Assembly: GCF_006345805.1 (NCBI RefSeq)
Contig: NC_042997.1
Coordinates: 118,358,001-118,422,000 of the forward strand
Source of the DNA: Octopus sinensis
Taxonomy: Eukaryota
Direction of reading: 5' to 3'
DNA length: 64,000 nt
Shown: in pieces, positions 48,534-60,289 of the stretch
How the letters are laid out: each line of letters begins with the position of its first letter
Position numbering within the stretch: the stretch's first letter is position 1
Made by a program: the position numbers and the translations under genes
Notes under the pieces: generated by a model
Seen by the model: only the letters and a program-made list of their open reading frames with translations
What the model was told of the DNA's origin: nothing
Database searches by the model: none

Positions 48534-49909
48534 TGCGTACATACATACACACACACACGCACACATATATATATATATCTTTTAAGCTGAAGATTCTCTT
48601 CGTTGCTAATTCGAAAATTGGCAACGTAATGCGTAAAAAGAATGGATAAAATGCGATTCTGCTTATAAACACGAACATACGATTACACAAACGCACAAAA
48701 ACATGCAAACACATACACGCATACACACACATATATATATACAAGCATGTGTGTGTGTGTGTGTGTATACACATACGTACCATTATCTGGAAAGTATCGC
48801 CCACTAACACAATGCACCAATCCTTTATTCCTGTCGTGTCGAGAAACAATAAAGGCCATTATGTAATCAGAAGCCGCTTCAGTGTTCAGCCAAACCTATC
48901 TCTCCCTCTCACATCCACTTACTTCCCGGTTAATCCATTGGGACAGTCATAATCGTTACCTATCCAATTCCCACCACTTAAAACATGGCGCCTTTCTGTC
49001 TACTTAAAAAGAAATCGTTTATTTCTATTGACGATGCTGTAAGAGCTTCCATTGAAAATGACTATAGAGATATCTTTACGAAGGCGAGATTTATTCAGTA
49101 CTTTCTATACAAGGTTACATCTCACACACAGAGCAGTTTGCGTCTATGCATTTTGTCTTCATTGCTAAACGCCTTGTCCTCAACTTTGTTCATGTAGCAA
49201 TACTTCCGTTGCTAAAACCAATACATGCCACTCAATTGACGCTCTCAATTTCTCCCATTATAGACAATTATGGAGTGGCTCATTAGTCCGAGAAAATCTT
49301 ATTTCACTTTTGATATTCTTCAGAACTCATCATTCTTTCATAACTGTTAAATTAATATTATATTCTAACTATTGTCAGCTTAGAATGCATTCGTCAGTTA
49401 TCCCTTTATGCTATTCAGTGTTCAGGTCTAAGAACATCCATTCATGTTCATGTAAGCACGGCATGTAACACGTATTTCATATATGGAAGCCGGCCACTCG
49501 ATGTAATATTCATCGTTACACTCTATAGCACAAATCTCCAGAATTTCTATTGGGAACGAAAATCAATATAGATTACCTACTACAAAGGTATTGAACCTAT
49601 TCAATGATAAAGAATCCCATTGGTTATCTGGTCTGTTTGAGAAAAATTTCCATAAAACCAAAGATACGCTAAAGTCTTTAATATAAACTTGGTTGAGCTT
49701 TAAATGAAAGTATTTTGGAGGTAATCATCCGACATCGAAATTTCCTTTTTGTTGTCTTTCTTTTTATTTATGCAGACGATTTAAAAAAAAAAGAAAAGAA
49801 TGGAAAAAGTCGAAATTATTGTGTTTTCAACCTTAGCATTTACAGGTTGAAGTTTGAGGGAACACATGGAAAGAGCAGGGGAGGGTTGTACAGTGTTGTA
49901 AATATCGTA

Positions 49910-50155
49910 AGTACGGTCTCAAGTCCCAGGTCTTATGGGGACGGTTACCGGTTTCCATGGAGCATAAATGACGAAATCACATTTGCCGCGAATCGGCGCA
50001 AGTCTGTCGCAGGGTTTACACATTTACAGCAGAGTGGACTGGAGCAATGTGAACCGAAATAGTTTACTTAAGAACAAAACGCACTACTTAGTCCGAGGAT
50101 TGTAACTAAGATCTTGCTATTGTGAGGCAACACCCTAACCACCAGGTTTCGCACC
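49910..50155 (-). mobile_element. Degenerate tRNA-derived SINE with TTGCTCCAGTCCACTC domain
   Basis: GAGTGGACTGGAGCAA and CACCCTAACCACCAGG on the + strand are reverse complements of the B/D domain and head. Confidence 0.65.
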
Positions 50156-50762
50156 TTCACGTGTGTTGTGGAGAGGAAGAATTCGCGAAAGTGTTCCAAA
50201 AAAAAATATTGGGCAGGGAATACTGTAGGTGTGATGGGAAGATGATATGCGGCTATAAATATAATTGTTTAACAATTGGAATGCGAACGCTGAGATAAAG
50301 AGAGAAAGATTGAGAGAAACAAGTAGAGGGAAAGAGAGGGAAAGAAATGAGTGCTAGGATAGACGTACAGTGTCTCAGAGCGTACGTAGGATCTGTCATT
50401 GAAAATGCTATATTTTTCATATGGCCTGGCCATCGAGATTCTTTTTGTGTCCTGTGCAGCTCCATGTTAGACATAATTTAGCATACCTGTCCGTGTGACT
50501 GTTCCAGACATGAACATCCTTGATCTTTAGGGAGATCTAGGGCAAAATTATTTAGTGTGGACTTCTGTTTATTTTTTAAGACAATTGGTTGTAGTTTAGG
50601 TCTTGTTGCTCTTTTTGAACAGGCAGAGTGGTTTGCGTGGAGTCAGTACTGGCAGCTTGCGACTGTCGACGTGCACATAATTGGTGAGTGTATAGATAAG
50701 AGTTGAAGGTTTGGCTCGTGGTGAGAGCGTGCACGCGACGGCAAAGCAAATGACATCAAGTA

Positions 50763-50996
50763 CCTATTTCTTTATTACCCACAAGGGGATAAACATAGAG
50801 GGAACAAACAAGGACAGACATAGGTATTAAGTCGATTACATCGACCCCAGTGCGGAGCTGGTACTTAATTTATCGACCCCGAAAGGATGAAAGGCAAAGT
50901 CAACCTCGGCGGAATTTGAACTCACAACGTAACGACAGACGAAATACCGCTAAGCATTTCATCCGGCGTGCTAACGTTTCTGCCAGCTCGCCGCCA
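50763..50996 (-). mobile_element. SINE family C, full length
   Basis: Matches the other C copies; 8-bp TSD-like CAAGTACC. Confidence 0.9.
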
Positions 50997-52853
50997 AGTA
51001 CCAAGACATTACATGCGGTGTGCGTGTATTTGTGTATGTATGTGTAAGTCTGTGTGTGAAACTGAAACCAAACTTACAATACAAAGCGTGTTGTATTGTA
51101 ACTACTTTCACTGAAGGAACACCGCTTACATAGCTATCTATTTTTGACGGTGGCTCCTTTAGAAATCCGCTAAGTAAAAAGAGATGATCTAGAGATGCCG
51201 ATATTTAGGTAGAGATTATCTTCACAAGATAACAGAAATCCAGCAGAATATTTAAAGGAAACTGTCTTTTTATGTCTTTAGAAAATTGAAAAGGGAGTGG
51301 CAATCATCTCTTATATGACCTCCACGTCAAATAGGAAGGAAGGAGCGATTGGTGCATTTTCAAACCAGAGGCATGACCTACATGATTGCAAGAAAGTGGA
51401 CTTCATTAAAGGTAACCAACCGCGGTGTCAGATGGTGGTGTGTAAGCGGGTTGTAGATTATAGGTACCACCAAATAGGATATAACCTGATTTGAACTGAG
51501 AATGTAAAGAGCTAGAACGGATATCACAAGGTATCCGATCTGGCATTCTTCAGTCCCGCCAATCCATCACCGCGACTTGACTTTCGTGGGACTTGAACGT
51601 TAGATTGCAGTGTCGAAATAACTACCTCGAGATTTTATCGCTCAAACCGATTCGCCATCTAATGTGTGAAGACATTTTGTCTTCTCTTGATGGCATCTTC
51701 TAACACAGCGAAGATAGAATTTCGTCTAATAAGGTGTCCCTTATGTGAAGTGAATAATTAGTAAACCATTAAATCTTCCATTATTACCGAATGATACAGG
51801 CGATATACATGCATTCAAATATACATACATAATTAGGTACACACACGCTCATACACACACACACCCTCACATAGAATTGATTGCATAGTATTGTTTACAA
51901 TAATTATCTTGAGCTGACGAAATACATTTTATTTGCTGTACGATTAGGATTCCTCCTCTTCTGTTATAAACATTTTTATATTTCTTTACCACATTTTCAG
52001 TTTCGGTGGATTTTTATGTCAACACACTTGTTTCTAAAATCGATTGTAATAGCGGAAACATATTAGTGTTGCGTATCGATTCAATGAAAATGGTATCAAT
52101 TACCTACGCAAACCCAAAACTCTGCCAGAGAACAAATAAAGTGTGAGCGTTGTAAGGTGACTAGTTAAAACATGACAGTATTAAATGCCATTTACGATTA
52201 ATGGCATCAGCTCCAAATGTAATGATAAAGCCCATTAGGAAACCGTTTTATTGTTATTTCTACAAAGCTATATTTAACGTTTATCACGCGCTAATTCCCT
52301 GCAACAGAATTATTATATATACATTTGTTCCTTCGCGAGTGGGTTTGTGTTAATTGATATGGCCGCTTATTTGCACAGTAGCAAAGGTGAAGCAATAAAT
52401 TGAAGACCGTTTTAAAAGTTTTTGTTCATACATAGAGATATTACACGGTAAACAACCTTTACTACTAGATTAGATAGAGCAAATGCCTGAGTGGTATATA
52501 TAGGATTTCATGTTAGTTACATTGTAAAGTTCTATTAGATTATGCTTATGGAAGTTGTAGAAACATATCGGACATGTTAGGGAAATGTAATTCTGTAGTT
52601 TCAGGTTTGTAAAACATTCTTCAGTGTTATGTCAAAGTGGTTGTTTGGAGAAAAAATAAGGAAGTTCTTGAGTTTTGATCGAAAATACATTGAGTGGGTA
52701 GGTAAGTTTCAAGAGTCAGACGAGGCATCGATAAATTTCGAGTCAGTTGACGGAAAATATTTGTGTCTTAACTAATCGTTTTTTCTGCAACACCTACTTT
52801 GTAAGACAGCGGAGAGCACCGTCTGCATTATGTAAATAGTAATCTAATGTATG

Positions 52854-53152
52854 TGGAGGCGCAATGGCCTAGTGGTTAGGGCAGCGGACTCGCGGTCGGA
52901 GGATCGCGGTTTCGATTCCCTGACCGGGCGTTGTGTGTGTTTATTGAGCAAAAACACCTACAGCTCCACGACGCTCTGGCAGGGGGTGGTGGCCCCTGTT
53001 GTACTCTTTCACCCCAACTTTCTCTCACTCTTTCTTCCTGTTTCTTGAGTAACGCTGCGATGGACTGCAGTCCCATCAAGATGGGGGGAACACATACGCC
53101 ACAGAAACCGGGAAACCGGGCCCATGAGCCTGGCTAGGCTTGAAAAGGGTGA
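52854..53152 (+). mobile_element. SINE family B, full length
   Basis: Highly similar to 5009-5319; TSD-like AATCT(A/C)ATGTA. Confidence 0.92.
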
Positions 53153-53459
53153 AATCTCATGTACCGTAAGTTTGGGCTTTGTAACGTATCAAAGGTTGTT
53201 TAGAAATTAATACAAGGGGCTGGTTGTTTAATCTCGTGTATTTGTTTCATGCATTCTTCTCATTTATTCATCTCATGTAATACATGATCATGTAGACCTA
53301 GAATGAAAGAAATTCTACCAGTGATCTCCCAGGTATACTCCTAAGCAAAAAGATAAAGCACGACATTATACAACGCACTATGGTAGGATTTTAATTGAGG
53401 AAGGTTTGGCTCTTATGTTTAGCATGTTTAGTAACTACACGATGGTTACTTTGTTGAAA

Positions 53460-53680
53460 TGCGGAGAGCTGGCAGAAAGGTTAGCACGCTTAGCGGTATT
53501 TTGTTTGTCTTTACGTTCTGATTTCAAATTCCGCCGAGGTCGACTTTGCCTTTCATTCTTTCGGGGTCGATAAATAAAGTACCAGTTACGCACTGGGATC
53601 GATGTAATCAACTTAATCCCTTTGCCTGTCCTTGTTTGTCCCCTCTATGTTTAGCCCCCTGTGGGCAATTAAGAAATAAG
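53460..53680 (+). mobile_element. SINE family C
   Basis: GAGCTGGCAGAAAGGTTAGCACG head to AAGAAATAAG tail. Confidence 0.88.
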
Positions 53681-54871
53681 TAATAAGAAATATATTAGTC
53701 AAGAATTGGATGAGCTAAAAGTAAGTTTTAAAAGACATGGTCTGTATGCGAAGGGTAAACGGTAACCTCTAATAATATATGATAATATTTTCGGGAGAGC
53801 TTTCTGCTGCTTTATTCAAATACCACGTAATCTATTTGATATTATTGCCATGAAATTACTATGACTGTTATCTTGCCACTCAAGATACCCTTGTTCCTGT
53901 ATTTGAAAGTGCCAGCCTTGCAACATCCTGTGTCATGCTGAATCTACCTGAGAACTACCTTCAAGCTTATGTACGTCTGTGGAGTTCTCAGCCACTAGCA
54001 CGTTCATTTCACAAGCTGGCTATTCTGTTGATCGCATCAACTGACAAAGGGATCGCAAAAGTTGAAGAGAAGAATGAAGGGTAGAAAGAAGTCTGAATTA
54101 GCTCAAATGTGTTTTTTTTTTAAATATCCTTACTAATCACTAGAAGCTCTACAAAGTATTGCCTAACCCACGAATAAACACCACAATAATACAGAGAATA
54201 GGTACAAGCAAAATCAATCAACACTACTACAACATGACTTAGTAACGCTGAGTAAAAATAATAGATTTTAGATTTCTTCCTTGAGAATATTGGCAGCGAG
54301 AAAATAATATTGCTATTGTATTTTCTTTTTAGTTAAGTGTAACCGACAAGACGATGAATGGCCGCATTAAGAGCCTGTTCATATAAGATATATGTTACTA
54401 GAAGCTGATAGCAATGCTACGCATGGCTGGGTATCTCATGTTAGATGTATTATCATTGATTTCAGTAGGGAGAATGTTTGGAATAAATCAATTTGCTTCA
54501 ACACTGATTACAATCTCTGTACAGTGAGATTTAAGATGCTATGTTTAAAGACAGCTCTATGTATTTCTGCTTTCTTTCGTTCGGTGATGAAGAAACAAAC
54601 ATTGTAATAACTATGATAAGTCTGTCATACGTTATATGATAGCACATAAATATAACGATATATATATATATATATAAGTATGCATGTATCTATGGATGTA
54701 ATTTTACACCTACACACCCAGACATTTAGACAAACATCTCTCAACAGACAGAACCGTTCCCATATATATCCTTACGGTATGAGAACTTTGGAAATTGATG
54801 AAATAAAGATATAATATAATAATATATCACTTTATATACATACATATATACATATATATATACACACACTC

Positions 54872-54906
<35 letters not shown>

Positions 54907-54932
54907 GTGTGGTGTGTGTGTGTATATGTATA

Positions 54933-54984
<52 letters not shown>

Positions 54985-55206
54985 TATATATATATATAAG
55001 TATATATATATATAAAAGTATATATATATATATATAAATATTTATATATTACAGTAAGTGACGATGTCAATAAATATATTCGTATATCTTGAATATATTG
55101 AGATCCATGCAATTCAATTGAGTACAGATTAGCTATTTAAACAGCTAATATTTCCAGCTATGACACATTTAGATATCAGACAACATTCATATCCATATAA
55201 CCTATA

Positions 55207-55650
55207 GCTTACTCTTTACTCTTTTACTCTTTTAGTTGTTTCAGTCATTTGACTGTGGCCTTTAGTCGAGCAAATCGACCCCCGGACATATTCTTTAGAA
55301 GCCTAGTACTTATTCTGTCGGTCACTTTTGCCGAACCGCTATGTTACTTCGACGTAAACACACCAGCATCGGTTGCCAAGCGATGTTGGGTGGACAAACA
55401 CAGACACTCAAACATATACACACACACACGCACACACACACACACATACACACACACACACACCACACATATATATATATATACATATATACGACGGGCT
55501 TCTTTCAGTTTCCGTCTACCAAATCCACTCACAAGGCTTTGGTCGGCCCGAGGCCATAGTAGAAGACATTTGCCCAAGTTATCACGCAGTAGGACTGAAC
55601 CCGGAACCATGTAGTTCGTAAGAAAGCTACTTACCACACAGTCACTCCTA
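55207..55650 (-). mobile_element. SINE family A, full length
   Basis: Collinear with 7537-7947. Confidence 0.9.
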
Positions 55651-55759
55651 CTCCTTCTGGAGCTTTAGTTGATAAAAATTGAAAGACTTGTAAAAATTGA
55701 AAGACGTTCAAATCTCTTCACACAATAAACGTTATTACGACTACGAAATCGCTTAAATC

Positions 55760-56500
55760 GGCCCAAATGACATTTCCAAGCCTCCATCCATCCATACAAG
55801 CATACATAGAAAGAAAATGTTTAGCGATGCAGGGAAAGCAGCAGAATGTGGCAACTGATGCAGACTTTGTGGAGTCAACACCGAAGATCACAAGCAGTTG
55901 TTCGAAAATGTCATCACTGTATTATCTACCGATGAGACATATAAGCTAGCACACTGTATAATTCGATCCGTCGGAAGGATAATCTCGAGGACAAAGAAAT
56001 AAGAACTCACACTATGGTAAAAGCCATAGCTACTCATAATGAAAATGAGGACTGATGGAATGTCCTGGTGAAAACCTCAGTAAAATGTAGACACATTAGT
56101 CTTGATTTAATGATTTCGGTTAGAGAAGAGAAACTGTGTACAGCTGTGGAACTCAGCTGCCCTGGGGGAATGTTAAGATAAGGTGAAAAACAGAATACCT
56201 ACGCTGAACTATTGAGATACATGCAGTTACTCTATCCAGATTACAAGGTCAGGTTTATATCTGTAATTATTGCGGCCCTGGGATATGTAACACACTGCCT
56301 AAATACCAATCTTGAGAAATTAGGCTTCTCAAAACCATAAAAGAGGAAGTTGACTCGAAGACTACATATCCAATCTATCACTGGACTTGTAAAATCTGTG
56401 AAACTTTCCAGAAGTTTATCAATTAAGTATATTTGACCATGTCTAGATATTGAAGTATATGCATGAAAAGACATGCATAAAACAAAACATACAAATCTGC
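55760..56500 (+). mobile_element. R4/Dong-like 3' fragment (CCHC knuckle, endonuclease, 3' UTR)
   Basis: KITSSCSKMSSLYYLPMRH, WNVLVKTSVKCRH, NTYAELLRYMQLLYPDYKVRFISVIIAALGYVTHCL. Confidence 0.88.
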
Positions 56501-56776
56501 ATGTATACATACATAAGTACGTACATACATACATACATACATATATGTACACACACACACATATACACACACAAACACACACACGCACACACATATATAT
56601 ATATATACATATACATATTATATACATACATATATATATGTATATACACACATATATATATACATATACATATACATGCATACATACACACACATACACA
56701 CATATGCATACACACACATGCATATATATACATACATACATACATACACAGACACATATACATATATATAGATATA

Positions 56777-56821
<45 letters not shown>

Positions 56822-56828
<7 letters not shown>

Positions 56829-57030
56829 TGTGTTTGTCTCCCGCCACCGCTTGACAATCAGTATTGGTGTGTTTAAGTACCGGTAACGTAGTGGTTCAGC
56901 AAAAGAAACGATAGAATAAGTACTAGATTTACAAAGAATAAGTCTTGGGGGTTGATTTCTTCGACTACAAAAAAAAACTTTAAGGCGGTGCTCCAGCATG
57001 GCCGCCGTCAAATGACTGAAACTAGTAAAT
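56822..57030 (+). mobile_element. SINE family A tail
   Basis: CGCTTGACAATCAG...GGCGGTGCTCCAGCATGGCCGCCGTCAAATGACTGAAAC. Confidence 0.85.
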
Positions 57031-57988
57031 CTAGTAATGTCTTTCATTTGGAATATTTCGCAATTTTTATATGTTTCACCTCGTGTCATAGGATGAGACT
57101 GCATGATTTAAGGCTTTGCAAACCTTCTCTTTTGCTTTCAAGATATGCAGTTAAGGAGAGGTATCTCACATGACTTCCCTGCTTTAGCTTTGATTATTTT
57201 TTGCTATGATTTTCTATTAGAAAATCGTCATGGAAATCTGCGAAATTAGAATATAACATTGTTATTTTTGTCATATTCCACAGAGCTACTGAAGCGTCAC
57301 TATTCGTGAATTGAAATAAAGGGCTCGTATTATTTTATTGAAGTAGATACCTGCACCTATAATCACGGAGGCAAAGAAATAATATCTCGACTATCACGTT
57401 TCCCTGCTACAAATTGCGGTTGAAATTTCTTTAATCGCATTCGTTGTATTAAAATGAAAAAAATACATTGAGTAAAATAGTTTTACATGTCTTTTCTGCA
57501 ATATGACGGAATTGTTGTTGGAAAGGCTGTGGGCATAGATTTTCTGGATACGGCTGGTATGCGATGTAAGTGCAAGAATCTGTTATATATTTGAATACGG
57601 TAGAGTGCCACAAATATATTACAGTAAGTTTCAAAAAAGGAAGAGGATTAACTGGGAGGAACCATACCATTCGTAGGCAGATACATAAAATCTAAAAGCA
57701 ATCATAGAAGGAATCTCCATTAAGCATAACCGATTCAGTATCTCGAAAGTAGAGGATATTAACTATGGGAGTGGATCTGGTAATTAGAGCCAACTAGTGA
57801 AATTAATGGACGTGTTTCAGACTTTTTATACCTCTTCACTTCAGTGGGATATATTCTACGTGGCTGGTAACGCATGGTTCCGGGTTCAGTCCCACTGCAT
57901 GGTACCTACTATATTATCAGGCCGACCAAAACCTTGCGAGTGGATTTGGTAGACAGAACGTGTAAGAAGCCCGTCTTATATATATATA

Positions 57989-58032
<44 letters not shown>

Positions 58033-58174
58033 AAAGATGAATTTTCTTGTTACAGATTATTCAAAAGTTTAACCGATACCTGGGTAGCAAAAAATCACAG
58101 CAGAAAAAAGCACGGTTGGAGATAAGACCATTTGGTGTTGCAACCGTGCGTTGGTGCGGATAATTGAAGTTTAA

Positions 58175-58530
58175 TATTATTAGTGAATGGAAGAAATGGA
58201 GTTGAACGAAGATTGTACAGAATTCCTTTTATTACATTCTACACATGTTTCAAAGGCCACAAATTTCCAAATTCTTATTAAATAAGGGTAACATATTGTT
58301 TAGCCATGGGCTCTTAAGGAGCGTCCTCGTTCGAATTGCGTTGCTGCGCCTCTGTTTTGTTTTGTTCTGTCAACGGAATTCCTGTTTTTTCCTGAAGAGA
58401 AAGCCACAATATGGTACCCTTATTTAATAAGAATTTGGAAATTTGTGGCCTTTGAAACATGTGTAGAATGTAATAAAAGGAATTCTGTACAATCTTCGTT
58501 CAACTCCATTTCTTCCATTCACTAATAATA
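58175..58530. mobile_element. Young MITE with 124-bp TIRs (123/124 identical) and a 108-bp interior
   Basis: 58175-58298 versus 58407-58530 aligned by hand; TA-rich ends. Confidence 0.93.
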
Positions 58531-58551
58531 TATATATATATATATATATTT

Positions 58552-58598
58552 ACAACTATAAGAGAGAATCCACATAGTGGATTCTCTCTTATAGTTGT
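58552..58598. repeat. Perfect 22-bp hairpin with 3-nt loop
   Basis: ACAACTATAAGAGAGAATCCAC-ATA-GTGGATTCTCTCTTATAGTTGT. Confidence 0.9.
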
Positions 58599-58699
58599 GT
58601 ATTAATAATATTTACTGAATGTCAGTTTTTTATACGCTAGGCCACTTGGTGTTTAAATTGGTGTTATTAAATTAATATCCAATTTTTTCTTATTTTGTC

Positions 58700-58768
<69 letters not shown>

Positions 58769-58770
<2 letters not shown>

Positions 58771-58949
58771 GGGAGAGTTTACGAAAAATAAACAAAAGAC
58801 GGAGACAGGTGGTGTGCAAAACAAACAGATGTATTAGTATAACGCTTAGGAATAGAAAAAGTTTTGAACGTTTCGAGCCTACGCTCTTCTACAGAAAGGA
58901 CACAGAAAAAACAAGGAGAGAAAAAAATGTGTGTAGTGGCTAATGATCT

Positions 58950-58951
<2 letters not shown>
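58769..58951 (-). mobile_element. ~180-bp unit in (TA)n carrying a minimal HHR-like motif (58862-58897)
   Basis: Minus strand: TTT CTGTAGA A GAGC GTAG GCTC GAAA CGT T CAA; same design as 18021-18055 but with A6 changed to U. Confidence 0.55.
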
Positions 58952-59015
<64 letters not shown>

Positions 59016-59084
59016 TAGATAGATATAGATATACGTATAGATGTAAGTATATACATACATATATATTATTTCTTTTATTATATA

Positions 59085-59710
59085 ATTGAACGCCACGTAT
59101 CCTCTTCCATGTAAGTTTTATCTTAATTCTGATGCGCACTCTATACGATCTTTTTACTGTTTCGTTTTTCTTTCTTTCTCTCTCTTATTCGTTTACCTCC
59201 TCTTCTCCCACTATTGTATCCTATAACTCTGTCACTCTCTCTCCCTCACTCCTCCTCCCTTGCTCACGTGGCGCACACGTGACCATCGGCATTCTTTCTA
59301 TCTTATCCTAACTTGTCTTTCTTCCTCACCATTGAAGCTGGAACATGGGAGACGTGTTCTTTTCTGTCTCCCGTCCAAGCTTGATTTACGTGTTAGCCAC
59401 CACAACCTCGTTTAGGCTTACCAGCCCTTCTTCTTTGTTTTCACTGTCCTGTTTGAGTTACCAATTTTGACCCTCCGCAAAATCCCAAATTTTATTTAAA
59501 TTTGCGTTGCAGGAGCAACTATTTTATATTGCTGTTAAATGCTCGAAATACAAGAGTAGAAAAGCAGCCAACAACTGACGAAGGATCGTTCTTTATGTTG
59601 TTTGTCTTGTTTCCCATTTCTGTCTTTCGTTGTTCGAAAAAATAGTTCATATTCCATCGTACTGTATGGTTTTGTTTGTTGTACACGTTTCATGACGTCC
59701 TGTGCCCGCA
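59085..59710 (+). mobile_element. ~625-bp TA-flanked non-coding element with partial relatives at 16790-16835 and 31030-31200
   Basis: Shared GAACGCCACG(T/C)ATCC..TTCCA.GTAAGTTTTATC and AATGCTCGAAAT...CAGCC..CTGA.GAAGG.TCGTTC...GACGTCCTGT.CCCG blocks. Confidence 0.7.
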
Positions 59711-59763
59711 TATGCATATATACGTATAGATGTAAGTACATATACGTATGTATATATGCATAT

Positions 59764-59824
<61 letters not shown>

Positions 59825-60072
59825 ATATATATGAGTATGTATCTATGTATTATATGTGTATCTCTGTGTTTGTCCCCCTGCCATCGCTTCAAAACGATGC
59901 TGGTGTGTATATGTCGCCGTGGCTTAGCGGTTCGGCGAAAGATATCGACAGAATATGTACTAAGGCTTACAACGGATTAGTCCTGGGGTCGATTTCTTTG
60001 ACTAAAACCCCTTAAGGCAGTACTCCAGTATGGCTGCAGTCAAAAGACTGAAGCAAATGAATAACACACACA

Positions 60073-60122
<50 letters not shown>

Positions 60123-60257
60123 GAACGTATACGTGTACATGTGTTTATGTATGTATATAACTTTATATGTATATATACTTAGATATATATCTATCTGTCT
60201 ATCTCTCTGCACACACACACACACACACAAGCACACAAACACACACACACACACACT

Positions 60258-60289
<32 letters not shown>

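Larger units (their letters stand above)
57862..60060 (+). mobile_element. SINE family A head (57862-57978) and tail (59862-60060) separated by nested insertions
   Basis: Head CATGGTTCCGGGTTCAGTCCCACTGC...AAGAAGCCCGTC and tail GTTTGTCCCCCTGCCATCGC...CAGTCAAAAGACTGAAGC on the same strand and in order. Confidence 0.65.

Noticed and set aside
48601-48626. 11-bp hairpin CGTTGCTAATT-CGAA-AATTGGCAACG; also a 10-bp hairpin at 3966-3992
   Set aside because: Isolated short hairpins without context, such as a Helitron CTRR end; bacterial-type terminators are not relevant here.
48960-49620. Complex stretch with two minus-strand CTGANGA motifs and broken reading frames
   Set aside because: Probably an old TE, but no protein motif or complete HHR could be supported.
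51282-51411. Open 130-nt AG...GT segment (KIEKGVAIISYMTS...VDFIK)
   Set aside because: Weak donor, no recognisable protein, and not phase-compatible with 50623-50683.
52586-52630. Minus-strand CTGAAGA...GAAAC-TACA-GAA
   Set aside because: U16.1 is absent and stem I is unpaired; too many repairs are needed.
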